Assembly: GCA_050951805.1 (NCBI GenBank)
Contig: JBMNJT010000002.1
Span: 672,001 to 736,000 of the forward strand
Length of the DNA stretch: 64,000 bases
From: Bacillota bacterium
GTDB taxonomy: Bacteria; Bacillota; DTU025
Reading direction: 5' to 3'
In this document: positions 21,210 through 31,575 of the stretch, one piece after another
How positions within the stretch are numbered: the stretch's first letter is position 1
How the letters are laid out: the number at the start of each line of letters is the position of its first letter
Notes under the pieces: generated by a model
Database searches by the model: none
The model's input: the letters and a program-made list of their open reading frames with translations, nothing else
Told to the model about the DNA's origin: nothing
Position numbers and translations under genes: made by a program

Positions 21210-22204
21210 GCTGTTGTCCCCAAACGATTCGACTCTGCCATCCATTTCAGCGTATCTGCAATGGATTCCCGCAATGGCCGGGGTGAATAGCCAAGTTCCT
21301 GACGAGCCTTGGCGCTGCTTATATTAGCGTTGCTAAGAAGCGTCTCAATGGAGTATCTTGTAAGACGCGATTTTTTCCCGGTCACGTTACAGAAAAAGTC
21401 TGAGCAGTTGGCACATGCCTGAACAAGCCACATAGGCACGCGGGGACGCCTCACCGGCTTTTGCCCGCACAGCTCGTCTACTAGGGCTCCCAATGAATTG
21501 ATATCGATGTAATTTCCGGAGAGGATGTATGCTTCTCCGGTTCTTCCTTTTTCGGCGGCAAGGATGAGGCCGCCGGCCACATCTCGGACGTCCACAAAAT
21601 CGTAGCCTCCCTTGGCGGGAAGAACCTTCATGGAGTTGGAGGCCAGATCTCGTATGACCTGCCCCATGATGGAATCGAGGTAGTCATAGGGCCCTATTAC
21701 CCCCGTGGGACAGACAATGACGGCGTCGAGGCCTTGTTCTACCGCATTGAGAACCTCGAGGGATGCTCGGGCCTTGGAACGATCATAATCGCCCCGGGAT
21801 TTGCTAGGATCAAATCCGCAGGACTCATCGATGGGTATTCCCGGTGGCGGTTCCACAATGGCATGGATAGAGCTGCAGTAGACTAGTCGCCGAACGCCCA
21901 TTTTCATGCAAGCCTCGATGACGTTTCGGGTGCCGCCTACATTGACGCTTTCAAGAAGTTCTTCCTGCCCTGGGGCTATGCTGACTAGGCCGGCTAAATG
22001 GTAGACAGTATCGATGCCTTCGAGCGCTCGCTCCAGAGTAATGGGAACCAACACGTTGCCCCATGCTATGTCAACAGGAAGATCTGCTATTGGCCGCTCG
22101 TCATCGGAGGGCATCACCAAGGCTCTTACGCTTTCGCCTTTGGCTATGAGTTCCCGCACAAGGACATTGCCTATATGGCCTGTTGCTCCCGTTACCAATA
22201 TCAT
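21206..22204 (-). CDS. NAD-dependent epimerase/dehydratase (extended SDR, HpnA/dihydroflavonol-reductase-like)
   Basis: MILVTGATGHIG Rossmann motif and YDRSK catalytic motif. ATG at 22204 after AAGGAG. Confidence 0.92.
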   Translation of the reverse strand: MILVTGATGHIGNVLVRELIAKGESVRALVMPSDDERPIADLPVDIAWGNVLVPITLERALEGIDTVYHLAGLVSIAPGQEELLESVNVGGTRNVIEACMKMGVRRLVYCSSIHAIVEPPPGIPIDESCGFDPSKSRGDYDRSKARASLEVLNAVEQGLDAVIVCPTGVIGPYDYLDSIMGQVIRDLASNSMKVLPAKGGYDFVDVRDVAGGLILAAEKGRTGEAYILSGNYIDINSLGALVDELCGQKPVRRPRVPMWLVQACANCSDFFCNVTGKKSRLTRYSIETLLSNANISSAKARQELGYSPRPLRESIADTLKWMAESNRLGTTA

Positions 22205-22263
22205 GTGGAATTGCTCCTTCGGAATGGATTGCGCTAGATGACGCTCGTGTGCAAATGCTGCCA

Positions 22264-22287
22264 CTGACTGACTGAATGGTCAGTCAG
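22264..22287. promoter_or_regulatory. Palindromic operator, TetR-like
   Basis: CTGACTGAC-TGAATG-GTCAGTCAG, a perfect 9-bp inverted repeat over the predicted start site of the SDR gene. Confidence 0.7.
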
Positions 22288-22291
22288 AAAC

Positions 22292-22320
22292 AGTATATGG
22301 CTCAATAGATCTCCTGTCAA
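22292..22320 (-). promoter_or_regulatory. SigA promoter of the SDR gene
   Basis: TTGACA-N17-TATACT on the minus strand. Confidence 0.8.
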
Positions 22321-22834
22321 CATTCGGGCTTCTTCTCAGACTAGCCGGGCAAAACTCCAATGCCCATGAATGGGGCGGCCTCCAAGTCGGCCTCTGAGTT
22401 TGCGGACGCATGCAGCCTGCAACCTCCTAGCTCCCTGCTTCTTGCGGAATGCTGCTGACCCCTTGTGCTTGTTTATGCTGCGTAAGTCCCGTTCGCCAAT
22501 CAAAAAAGTCGTGACACATGACTATTTGGTTGCCTGGAAGACGCCACCTGCAGATGAGCAACGTTTGTTGAAGGCCGACGCGGTTTGTTGCTTCCTTGAA
22601 CGGGTGAACATAGCGATCAAATGTGTTTTCAATCTTCGCCGAGTAGCGCGCCCGACCGGGGCTGCCCTCCATTATGTGTAATGTATGACAGACAAGATGT
22701 GAACTGATGGGGAAACCCCTGGGCGGGTTGAGGTTGGGAATAAGAGAAAACCCTGCATTGTGCCCCGGACTTTCACTGCCTATGAGTCGAAGGGAAGGAT
22801 GAGTCCTTTGTCGAAATCGTCGTTGGTGGTAAAT

Positions 22835-24856
22835 GTGAAGCAAAAGGTTCTAATTGCCATAACAGTGATCGGCGTGATCGTTTCCGGAACGATGTGGGTC
22901 AGGCAGAATTTGGCCGGCATGGCGTCCCAGGCGGTCAGCCTCGGCATCTCACGCGTGTTGGGCCTCTCAGATGTTCGGATAGGGCACGTGACGGCGAGGG
23001 GCATCCGTTCCATAGACCTTGCAGGTGTTTGCATAGGTGACGAGGTCAGTATCGACCATCTTCTTGTTGACTACGACGTATCTGATCTCTTTTTCGGTCG
23101 GGCCGGGTTAATAGAGAGCATTACCGGTGTGCACGCTCGCGGCGTCAGCGTCGACATCGCAGCGCCGTTAGTCCATGAACCTGCAAACCGCGGCCATGTG
23201 GAGAGAAAGAGCGGTGCGCGTTCTGATGGCGGGACGAAGACGGAACTCAGTCGGTTCAGCGCTCCCATCGAGATCTGTGATGTTCTGATTGAGTTTCCAT
23301 CAGAAGACCAGGGTTTCCGCAAGCTCGAGGTTGCGAAGGTGACCGTGGAGAGCACATTGCTGGATGGGTGCGGTGTCTGGAAGGTCGCGCTTTCAAATGC
23401 CACGTACACTGATGGTACGGCGTTTGATATTGAGGGGGCAAAGGCCTTTGTTGATATCCGCGGAGAGACGGTGGAGCTTTCCGACATCGATGCGCAACTC
23501 CTAGGAGGCAGTGTAAGGGGAAGATTGGTCCTGTGTCCAAGCGTAGATGGCCCTTTGTTTCTCACTGGAAGTCTTGACATAGCGGATCTGTGTTGCGGGG
23601 AGTCGACAATCTCCGGTTATGTTAGAATGGACGAAGATGGAGCTGTTGCGGCTCGTGGGAGTGTGAAGCTTCCGCAAGCTGGAATAGATGGGTTTCTTGA
23701 AGCAGAATACGAAGGCTGCCTGCGCGCACCGGGAGTGGAGATAGGAACAAGGAATGAAGCTAGGAGCGATGCGCGGCCTGCTGCCGAGGCAGGCAGTGCA
23801 TACGAAGCCCATGGAGTCCTCCACCTGGTCGACTTGAGTGTCGGAGAGCATCGGGCCAGCGATATAGACCTAGACTTAGATGCAAGCTATGGCGGAGGGA
23901 AAATCAAAGCCGCTATAGGCGGGGAACGCATGTCAATGGAGAGGGTTGGCAAGGCTTTGGGGCGTGCTATTCCAGTTGAAGGATGGGTTGATTGGAAAGC
24001 CGATATCGAATTTGAAGATTCGACGCTGGCCGCTGTGGTGACTATTCGTGATGGCGATCTCAGATCGGAACTATGGCCTCAGGAGTTCACGGACCTAAGC
24101 GGTTCGATAGAGGTTGCTGAGGCTATACCGAATAATGGTGCAGGTTCGCTGGAAGAGGTCAGGGTTCGCACGATTCGAGCTGCAATGGGAGGCGGAACAG
24201 TCGAGCTCTCCGGTGGAGGACAGATGTGGACCATACATGGCTTGAATTTGGAAATCGAGCATCCGCTGTTGTGCGGGTTAGTCGACATAGACGCCACAAT
24301 CCACACCGGAGAGCGGATGAAAGTCGGGGGCATTCTCAGTCTCTGCAACGCGGATGTTGATGTGGTTACTGCTGGATTTTCCAAGGCAGCTGTGATTCCC
24401 GATGCCGACCTTGACATAAAGATCGTTGTTGGTGATGGAGTGAAGGCCGTAAGGGAAGAATCCTGGGCTGAGATCATGCCCTCTGTAGTGCAGATCCAGG
24501 GAAGTGTGAGGCAACCCCGGGCTGTCGGTTATGTACAAGTGGGACCCGGGGAGGTGTATATCTGCGATATTCCTCTGGAGATTCTGTCCGGGAGGGTGGA
24601 ATTTGCGAACACTCCAGATTCAGATATCGATTTTTCTGTCGTTGCGCGTGATTCCTCTGCTGAGTTTCCCATACTGGCCACGATATATGGAAGGCCCGGC
24701 GATGTTCACCTGTCTTTCGAGCCAGCGTCGGGCGTGGAAGAAAACTTTCCGTCGGGGGAGCTTCTCATGAAACTTCTGGACGCCCGGTTGCGTCTGTATA
24801 TTCTGAGCCGGCTTGGCCAACTCGTGGGCGCGCTGCCTCAGGCGAGCCGGGATTGA
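22835..24856 (+). CDS. tamB: TamB/AsmA-like periplasm-spanning protein (short, ~670 aa)
   Basis: N-terminal TM anchor, beta-rich body, C-terminal IQGSVRQP...G.VEF...IYGRP pattern; directly upstream of bamA. Start uncertain. Confidence 0.65.
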   Translation: MKQKVLIAITVIGVIVSGTMWVRQNLAGMASQAVSLGISRVLGLSDVRIGHVTARGIRSIDLAGVCIGDEVSIDHLLVDYDVSDLFFGRAGLIESITGVHARGVSVDIAAPLVHEPANRGHVERKSGARSDGGTKTELSRFSAPIEICDVLIEFPSEDQGFRKLEVAKVTVESTLLDGCGVWKVALSNATYTDGTAFDIEGAKAFVDIRGETVELSDIDAQLLGGSVRGRLVLCPSVDGPLFLTGSLDIADLCCGESTISGYVRMDEDGAVAARGSVKLPQAGIDGFLEAEYEGCLRAPGVEIGTRNEARSDARPAAEAGSAYEAHGVLHLVDLSVGEHRASDIDLDLDASYGGGKIKAAIGGERMSMERVGKALGRAIPVEGWVDWKADIEFEDSTLAAVVTIRDGDLRSELWPQEFTDLSGSIEVAEAIPNNGAGSLEEVRVRTIRAAMGGGTVELSGGGQMWTIHGLNLEIEHPLLCGLVDIDATIHTGERMKVGGILSLCNADVDVVTAGFSKAAVIPDADLDIKIVVGDGVKAVREESWAEIMPSVVQIQGSVRQPRAVGYVQVGPGEVYICDIPLEILSGRVEFANTPDSDIDFSVVARDSSAEFPILATIYGRPGDVHLSFEPASGVEENFPSGELLMKLLDARLRLYILSRLGQLVGALPQASRD

Positions 24857-24992
24857 TTGCCATTCCCGGGCTTTGAGGCGGGAGGAATCGCTAGGCGAGG
24901 GTAGAATACTGAATCCAACTCATCAGTTTATGATGGTGGCCTGAGCGGGCTGCAGTCGTGGCCGAACAGCGCGATTTGGGGAGGCGAGATTT

Positions 24993-26747
24993 TTGAAAGA
25001 TACTAGCACCAAGCGATCCTGTTGCATACTGGCTGCCGCAATGGCGGTCGTGTTTTTGGCATCTTCTTTTACGATGGCTGCGCAATCCAAGTCTCTTGGG
25101 GTGGTCACCGCTATAGAAGTTATTGGCAATAGCAGGATTGACTCTGATATTATTACACAGGCCATAAACATTAAGGTGGGTGATGAGCTCACTGAAAGCG
25201 CCATAAGGGAAAGCTTCACCGCTATCGATGCTCTCGGCTGGTTTGCGGATCTCGGCGCCAACACCGTTCCGTACCTTGGAGGCGTGAAGCTCATCATTGT
25301 AGTGCAAGAATTTCCGGTTTTGAGCAAGATTCTAGTTAGCGGAAACGCACTAATACCTACTGAGGAGCTTCTCGGAATAATGGGGTCGAAGGTTGGCTCT
25401 CAGCTCAATGCCAATCAGCTCAGGAGTGACCTGGAGGCTTTGGGCAGCCACTACCATGACAAAGGCTACTGGGTGAGCATTGAACCATCACTTTCTGAAT
25501 CGGGTGAACTCATACTTCATCTGGTGGAATGGACTGTGTCGGAAGTCAAGTTTGCGGGGAATCAGAAAACTAAGCCGAAAGTTATCCAAAGGTGCATTGA
25601 GACAAAGCCGGGTGACTACATCAATGTCAATAAGATAAACGAGGACCGCAGGCGAATCTACATGCTTGGCGCGTTCGAGAATGTAGAGGCGAAAGTAGAG
25701 CCTGTGCCGGGGAAGTATGAATACGTGGTAACGTACGTCCTAACTGAACGGAAGACGGGCATTGCCAATCTGGCCCTGACATACAGTTCTCAGGACAAGC
25801 TTATGGGTTATATGGAGCTGGGAGATGAGAACTTCCTCGGCAATGCGCAGACGGTCAACATCAAAGCGGAGTTTGGCCGCACGAAAACCAATTATGAACT
25901 TGGCTTCTATGAACCTTGGGTCGGAGCATCCGGCAAGACTTCCATAGGCTTCAACGTCTTCAGCAAGACTTTGTCGAAGAAGTATACGCCATCTGATGAA
26001 AACGAGACTTCTTCCTCAGGGCAAGTCTTAAAGCTCGAGGAGGACCCGACGGCCTCTATCGATTATTCGCAGAAGCGGACGGGTGGAGACGTGACGATCG
26101 GCCGCACGCTTTCGCTCAACACTAAGGCGTTCGTCAAGCTCAAGATGGAAAACGCTGTTAATGACCCTGAACAGAAGCATCCTGATGTGGATTTCCCGGG
26201 CGGCGGTGCTACGCGTTCGCTTACGTTGTCGGCGGTCAATGATACCAGAGATGACCTTTGGAATCCTGCCACAGGTCACAAGTTGTCCAGTTCGCTGGAG
26301 TATGCAGGCGGAATTCTTGGCGGCGACAACAACTTTGCCAAACTTCGGGTTGATGCTTGCCAGTACTATCAGGTCCGTGATGGGCATATTCTGGCAGGTA
26401 GGGTTAGCGCCGGATATGGATTGGACGAGCTGCCTGATGATGAGCGTTTCAGGCTCGGGGGAGCGGAGACTGTCAGGGGCTACAAGTACGGCGACATCGA
26501 GGGTGATCGCATGGCCCTGGCAAACGCGGAATACCGTTTCAACATTACCAAAGGTCTGCAGGGTGTGCTGTTTTGCGATGCGGGGCAGGCGTGGAACGCG
26601 GATGGCTCTTTAGACGTTGGAAGTACTAAGGTCGGTTATGGAGCTGGCGTGAGAATCATGGTTCCGGTGCTGGGCATGATCCGTGTCGATTATGGCATCG
26701 GTGAAAAGGGAGGACAGGCCTACTTCAGCTTTGGGCAGACTTTCTAG
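24993..26747 (+). CDS. bamA: Omp85/BamA outer-membrane assembly factor
   Basis: Signal peptide, ~3 POTRA repeats (GN.RI / GN.LI / GN.KT), TVRGY loop-6 motif, C-terminal FSFGQTF. Confidence 0.93.
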   Translation: MKDTSTKRSCCILAAAMAVVFLASSFTMAAQSKSLGVVTAIEVIGNSRIDSDIITQAINIKVGDELTESAIRESFTAIDALGWFADLGANTVPYLGGVKLIIVVQEFPVLSKILVSGNALIPTEELLGIMGSKVGSQLNANQLRSDLEALGSHYHDKGYWVSIEPSLSESGELILHLVEWTVSEVKFAGNQKTKPKVIQRCIETKPGDYINVNKINEDRRRIYMLGAFENVEAKVEPVPGKYEYVVTYVLTERKTGIANLALTYSSQDKLMGYMELGDENFLGNAQTVNIKAEFGRTKTNYELGFYEPWVGASGKTSIGFNVFSKTLSKKYTPSDENETSSSGQVLKLEEDPTASIDYSQKRTGGDVTIGRTLSLNTKAFVKLKMENAVNDPEQKHPDVDFPGGGATRSLTLSAVNDTRDDLWNPATGHKLSSSLEYAGGILGGDNNFAKLRVDACQYYQVRDGHILAGRVSAGYGLDELPDDERFRLGGAETVRGYKYGDIEGDRMALANAEYRFNITKGLQGVLFCDAGQAWNADGSLDVGSTKVGYGAGVRIMVPVLGMIRVDYGIGEKGGQAYFSFGQTF

Positions 26748-26854
26748 TCTTAAGCTGGCTCATGTAGTATAATTGACGGGGCGCCGCGTCGTCGGCGCTC
26801 CTCGTTATACTGTTCTGATTGCGATTTTTGAGTTGATTGGAAAGGATGACATTA

Positions 26855-27313
26855 ATGTTCAAAAACGTGCCGAAGACTCTCCTGATTGTTTTGGTGTGTG
26901 CCATTTTGGTCGGTGCTGTTGCTGTTGTGGCTAATCTTTCGGCTGTATCGCGGGCCGCTGGCGAGGCCGCTGTCATAGGAAAAGTTGATGGGGTCAGGCT
27001 TGGACAGGAATTCCCTGCGATGCAGAAAGCTGTTGACAACATTCTCAAGCAGAAGGCTGCCTTGGAAAAGGAACTGAACACCAAGGCTGAGGGGCAGGAT
27101 CAGGAGACCCAGAGGACTTTGCTTGACCAGTATAATCTGAAGTACAATGAGTATGCAAAGCAGCAGCTGGAACCTGCGGAGAATGCTCTGAAGAGCGCCA
27201 TAGCGGCAGTCGCCAAGGAGAAGGGCGTTACCGTCGTTCTGGACTCGAGCGTTGTCCACCTTGGTGGAATAGACATGACAGACGCCGTCCTCAAAAAAGG
27301 CGGGGCGAAATAA
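26855..27313 (+). CDS. ompH: OmpH/Skp periplasmic chaperone
   Basis: IGKVD...AI.AVAKEKGVTVVLD...GGIDMTDAV; follows bamA. Confidence 0.88.
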   Translation: MFKNVPKTLLIVLVCAILVGAVAVVANLSAVSRAAGEAAVIGKVDGVRLGQEFPAMQKAVDNILKQKAALEKELNTKAEGQDQETQRTLLDQYNLKYNEYAKQQLEPAENALKSAIAAVAKEKGVTVVLDSSVVHLGGIDMTDAVLKKGGAK

Positions 27314-27341
27314 TAGCAAGTAGCGGCAGTGCATCACACTT

Positions 27342-27370
27342 GGGGAGGCGACATTCGTCTCCCCCTTCTT
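27342..27370 (+). terminator. Terminator after ompH
   Basis: GGGGAGGCGA-CAT-TCGTCTCCCC followed by a pyrimidine tract. Confidence 0.6.
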
Positions 27371-27510
27371 GTCTTGAGGCGCTTTGGCACGCTCTATGCC
27401 CACCGCGGGGGCAGGGCTGTTATGTTGAAATGCATGGGGTTGTGCCAAAGATGCGATTGCGATGCTCAGTTGCGCTCAAGAGGCAGCTGTAGACTGCGAG
27501 GTCACGACTG

Positions 27511-30500
27511 ATGAGGATTCTTGACAGGTATGTAGTCCACGAGTTCATGGGTCCCTTTATTCTATCTATATTGGCGTTCATCGTGATAATGCTGAGTGGG
27601 CAACTCTTCTGGCTTGTAGACCTGATAGTCCAGAAGAAAGTGCCTGTGCTCATTGTTGCTAGGATGCTCCTTTACAGCCTTCCGGGGATCGTGGTTCAGG
27701 TTTTGCCTGTTGCGGTTCTGTTTGGCGTCTTGATCGGCCTTGGCAGGCTGGCTCGCGATTCTGAACTTCAGATTATGCGGGTTTCCGGGATTCCTTTCGC
27801 CAGGATTGCTTTGCCTCTCATCGTTTTGGGGGCGGTTATGAGCGCAGTCGGATTTTGGCTCAATGAGAGCGTGGCGCCGTGGGCAACTCATCAGTCCGAG
27901 ATTATCGTCAGGGAGATGATATTTCAGGAGGCTTTTCCCGATGTCGAAGAGGATGTTTTCTTCAAGGCGCCGGGCAATCGCTATTTCTACGTGGGCAAGG
28001 CTGACCAAAAACGTGGCACGTTTGAACGTGTGATGATATACGAGACGGCTAGGGGCGAGTTTCCGCGCCTTGTCTCTGCCAGGAGTGGTCGGGCTGAGTC
28101 AGGCAAGTGGGTGCTTGAGGATGGCAGTATCCATGAGCTCGATGAGGAAGGGCATGTGCGAATGGCGATTTCCTTTGAGACTCTGGAGATTTCCCTGGAG
28201 CAGTCGCTCGATAGCTTCGCATCGAGCCAGAAGACCCCAGAGGAAATGAGCATGAAGGAACTCAAGTCCAATATCGACCTTTTTGAGAGGAGCGGGATCC
28301 GTGTAGATGCGCTCCGCGTCGATTACTATCTCAAGGTTGCCCATCATGTGGCATCTTTGGTCTTTGCCGTTCTCGGTGCCCCGCTTGTCGTGAAGTCTCC
28401 CCGACGTGGCGGCGGTTACTTCGGGGTCGTGGCGGCAGCCGTTCTCTCCTTTGCCTATTACATCGTGCAGGCTCTGGCGCGATCTGTGGCCATGAGGGGC
28501 GGCCTGTCCCCGCTTTTAGCTGCTTGGTTGCCCAATATTGTCTTTGGAGTGCCAGGTCTTTTCATGTTGTTCGCAGTTGACCGTCCCCGAATGAATTTGG
28601 CTGCAAGAAGGAGGAATTCGGGAGGGGGCGATGGGTCTGCTGGGATCAAGTTTTCCAGAGGCGGCGTTCATATGTGGCTTGGGGTATCGATCTTGACGAC
28701 TCTGTACATTTTCGCAATCTGCTCCCCTCCTGCGGTCGCAAGCAATATTCCTGTCAAGGTAGACGCCGAAAAACTTGTGTACGACGGCGCAATAGGTCTT
28801 TGGGTGATGTCGGGGAATGTGAAGATCGAGTACAAGGATCTCGTGATATCCGGAGATTACGCTGAGTTCAATATGGATCGGAAAGTTGTGGCAGTAAACG
28901 GGTCGGTCAGGGTCGTTTCAGGGCAGGATGCGCTCGCGGGCGAAAGCGCCATTTTCAACGTTTCCACGGGCGAGGTTGTGGTTGATGAGGCCTGGGCTAA
29001 GCTGACAGGCGAAGGCGTTGAAGGATTCCTGTACATGTCTGGAAGCCAGTTGCAAAAGGAAGATGATTATCTTTGGCTTTCCCATGGCTCTGTTACTACT
29101 TGCGATCTTGACAAGCCCCACTACCGTTTGGAAGTAGGGGAGATGGAGGTCTATGTTGATGACAGGATAGTCCTGAAGTCTGTCTCCTATTACGAGGGGG
29201 ATCTGAAGTTGCTGACCTTGCGGCGACTCGTGGTGCCCCTAAAGGAAGACGAGCGGTTCGAGCTTCCCAGGGTGGGATACGGTGCGTATGAGGGCTGGTA
29301 CTTGAAGACCAAGTACAACTACAAGCTGAGTGAAGACGCTTACGGATCCTTATATGCCGACTACTTCCAGCTGTTGGGCCCCGCAGTCGGCATAACTCAA
29401 AACTTGCAGTTAGGTAAGGGCGGCGTGCTCACGGCCTACCTTTACGGGTTGTGGAACACAGGTTCCGGTACCTTCGACACTACGCTCGAACTTTCTCAGG
29501 ACCTGAAGCTGCCATTTGATATAGGTGCAAAGGCCGGTTACAAACAGAGAAACTACGTCAATATTCTCGGGGATGAAATTGCTGAGCGTGCCTACAATCT
29601 CAGTCTGAATAGGCGAGTCGAGGACTCAAGCACCTCCTTTGCCGGCACGTTCAGGGAGACTGACGGAGCCACTTACGCTTCAGTCGCTAATGCAACCTTC
29701 AGGCACTCTTCAACTTTGCTCCATGACATAAAGCTTTCTTCAAATGTAGACTATAAGAAGCAGGTAAAGGACACAGACGTCACCCAGGACGTAGTAAGCT
29801 ACAAGGTGCAAGCTGACCGCGCCTACGGGGACTTCAAGGTGATGGGGCTTGCGCAGGCCCAGGTATACGTGGAAGATCCGAGTGACGTAGAGACTAAGCC
29901 GCCTCCGTGGAAGGCTCTGAAGAAACTTCCGGAGTTTACGGCTACAGCCAGCGGACTTGCTGTCGGCGAGAGTTCTCTCATCCTTGATGTGAAGGGCGTG
30001 TTTGGAAATTACGTTGAGGATGCAATTCGGAGCGGGACACGATCAGAAGTGAGTGCGGCCAAGGGGGAGCTGGATCTGACGCTCAGGACCAAGTCTCGTC
30101 AGCTTTTTCCATGGCTATCAATGGACGGATATGCACGTGGAGTCTTCGATGTCTATCAGGGCTATGGAGACCGGATGGCCGCTGTATGTTCCGTCGGGGC
30201 GTATGTAAAGCCGTTTTCCGGCACTACCCTGAGGCTCACCTATACCGAAACGGGTATCTATGGTTCGTCGCCCTTCAGGTTTGACGAAATCAATGCCGGG
30301 TCAAAGCTGGGCGGGAACCTTACGACATCGCTAGGACCGGCGAAGCTCACTTTATCGACGGGATATGATGTTGTCTCCGAAAGGTATGATCCTTTGAACG
30401 CCGCTTTGCGGCTGGATATCGCTAAAGGGCTGTCGATCGATTTTTCGGGAAGATACGATCTCGAGAGCGGGAATCCGACGTCACTTGTGGGCAAAGTCGT

Positions 30501-30822
30501 GGCCCAGCCGTCGCCTGATATCCAGGTAAAGGCCGGCGGCAGTTATGATTTTGTTCGAGGACAGATCACCAGGGTTGAGTCATCGGGAGATGTCAGGTTC
30601 AGACCCGAATGGCGTCTGCAGTGGACTGGTGTGTATGATTTCTTCAAGGGCGGTCTCGTGCGAGGAGACATAGGGATCACCCGCGATCTGCACTGCAGGG
30701 AAGTGGCTCTCACATACCAGCACACGTCGAGACGGGTGTGGCTCGAGTTCAGGCTGAAGGCATTCCCAGGCACACCTCTCGGGTTTGGCCTGGGCGAAGA
30801 AGGAATACTCTTTCAACAGTGA
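27511..30822 (+). CDS. LptF/LptG permease fused in frame to an LptD-like jellyroll plus beta-barrel
   Basis: N-terminal ~355 aa are YjgP/YjgQ (MRILDRYV, DSELQIMRVSGI, LAAWLPN). C-terminal part has LptD motifs VTTCD..PHY, LPRVGY..EGW and RDLHC. Confidence 0.88.
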   Translation: MRILDRYVVHEFMGPFILSILAFIVIMLSGQLFWLVDLIVQKKVPVLIVARMLLYSLPGIVVQVLPVAVLFGVLIGLGRLARDSELQIMRVSGIPFARIALPLIVLGAVMSAVGFWLNESVAPWATHQSEIIVREMIFQEAFPDVEEDVFFKAPGNRYFYVGKADQKRGTFERVMIYETARGEFPRLVSARSGRAESGKWVLEDGSIHELDEEGHVRMAISFETLEISLEQSLDSFASSQKTPEEMSMKELKSNIDLFERSGIRVDALRVDYYLKVAHHVASLVFAVLGAPLVVKSPRRGGGYFGVVAAAVLSFAYYIVQALARSVAMRGGLSPLLAAWLPNIVFGVPGLFMLFAVDRPRMNLAARRRNSGGGDGSAGIKFSRGGVHMWLGVSILTTLYIFAICSPPAVASNIPVKVDAEKLVYDGAIGLWVMSGNVKIEYKDLVISGDYAEFNMDRKVVAVNGSVRVVSGQDALAGESAIFNVSTGEVVVDEAWAKLTGEGVEGFLYMSGSQLQKEDDYLWLSHGSVTTCDLDKPHYRLEVGEMEVYVDDRIVLKSVSYYEGDLKLLTLRRLVVPLKEDERFELPRVGYGAYEGWYLKTKYNYKLSEDAYGSLYADYFQLLGPAVGITQNLQLGKGGVLTAYLYGLWNTGSGTFDTTLELSQDLKLPFDIGAKAGYKQRNYVNILGDEIAERAYNLSLNRRVEDSSTSFAGTFRETDGATYASVANATFRHSSTLLHDIKLSSNVDYKKQVKDTDVTQDVVSYKVQADRAYGDFKVMGLAQAQVYVEDPSDVETKPPPWKALKKLPEFTATASGLAVGESSLILDVKGVFGNYVEDAIRSGTRSEVSAAKGELDLTLRTKSRQLFPWLSMDGYARGVFDVYQGYGDRMAAVCSVGAYVKPFSGTTLRLTYTETGIYGSSPFRFDEINAGSKLGGNLTTSLGPAKLTLSTGYDVVSERYDPLNAALRLDIAKGLSIDFSGRYDLESGNPTSLVGKVVAQPSPDIQVKAGGSYDFVRGQITRVESSGDVRFRPEWRLQWTGVYDFFKGGLVRGDIGITRDLHCREVALTYQHTSRRVWLEFRLKAFPGTPLGFGLGEEGILFQQ

Positions 30823-30890
30823 GGTTGCGACATGAACACTCCGGTGTAACCTTTGGCCGTGCTGAGGGCTTGTCAGGAGGCGTGATGCTG

Positions 30891-31562
30891 ATGGACCCGA
30901 GGATTGTCAGGATAGTCAGTGTTGCCATATTGCTGGTTCTTGGTTGCCTGTACGTTTACGCTTTCGTGCTCAACAAGCCGGCCGATGAAGATCGAAGTTT
31001 TGACCCGGATCCGGACCGCGCCTCCAGTGATCTCACGTTTGGCGGCGTCAGTATCGAGGGTCGGGAAAACGGCGAGAGGGTGTGGAAGATTTCCGCGGCC
31101 AATGTGGATCTGCGAGATGGCGACGGCCATGTGGAGATGAGCGAGATTGGGCACGGCGAGATATACAGGGATGGCGAACCCTATGTCTCATTCAGAGCAT
31201 GCAAAGGCGTTTTTGATACAAAGACGGGCCAGCTGTCGCTCTCAGGAGGTGTCGATGTTTTCTCAGGAGGGCGGAAGCTGTTGAGAACGGATGAAGTGGC
31301 ATGGAAGCCCGATGACTCTAGGATTGTCATTCCAGGGCAGGCAGAGATAATTACCGAACAGGGGGTGGTCTCTGCTGCTTCTCTTCGGGTGGACGTGGCC
31401 TCCGACAAGATTTATGCCAGCGGTGACTTGACGATTCGCGAGGGGTTCGGTGGTCGAGACGTTGTCGTAAAAAGCGGAGAGATTTGTTTCGACCCTGCGG
31501 AGAACTCCTTCGAAGCATGGGGCGGGACTGAGATTGAGTTTGAGATTGGCGACGACGATTGA
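30891..31562 (+). CDS. lptC: LptC-like protein
   Basis: Single N-terminal TM plus beta-jellyroll (G...WKISA, LRTDEVAW); adjacent to lptA. Confidence 0.75.
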   Translation: MDPRIVRIVSVAILLVLGCLYVYAFVLNKPADEDRSFDPDPDRASSDLTFGGVSIEGRENGERVWKISAANVDLRDGDGHVEMSEIGHGEIYRDGEPYVSFRACKGVFDTKTGQLSLSGGVDVFSGGRKLLRTDEVAWKPDDSRIVIPGQAEIITEQGVVSAASLRVDVASDKIYASGDLTIREGFGGRDVVVKSGEICFDPAENSFEAWGGTEIEFEIGDDD

Positions 31563-31575
31563 GGGGGAGAGCGGA

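Noticed and set aside
22321-22834. ~500-bp intergenic region with short ORFs and a GGCAAA... stem reminiscent of a c-di-GMP riboswitch
   Set aside because: Required riboswitch elements were not found, and the ORFs lack an SD or recognisable motifs.
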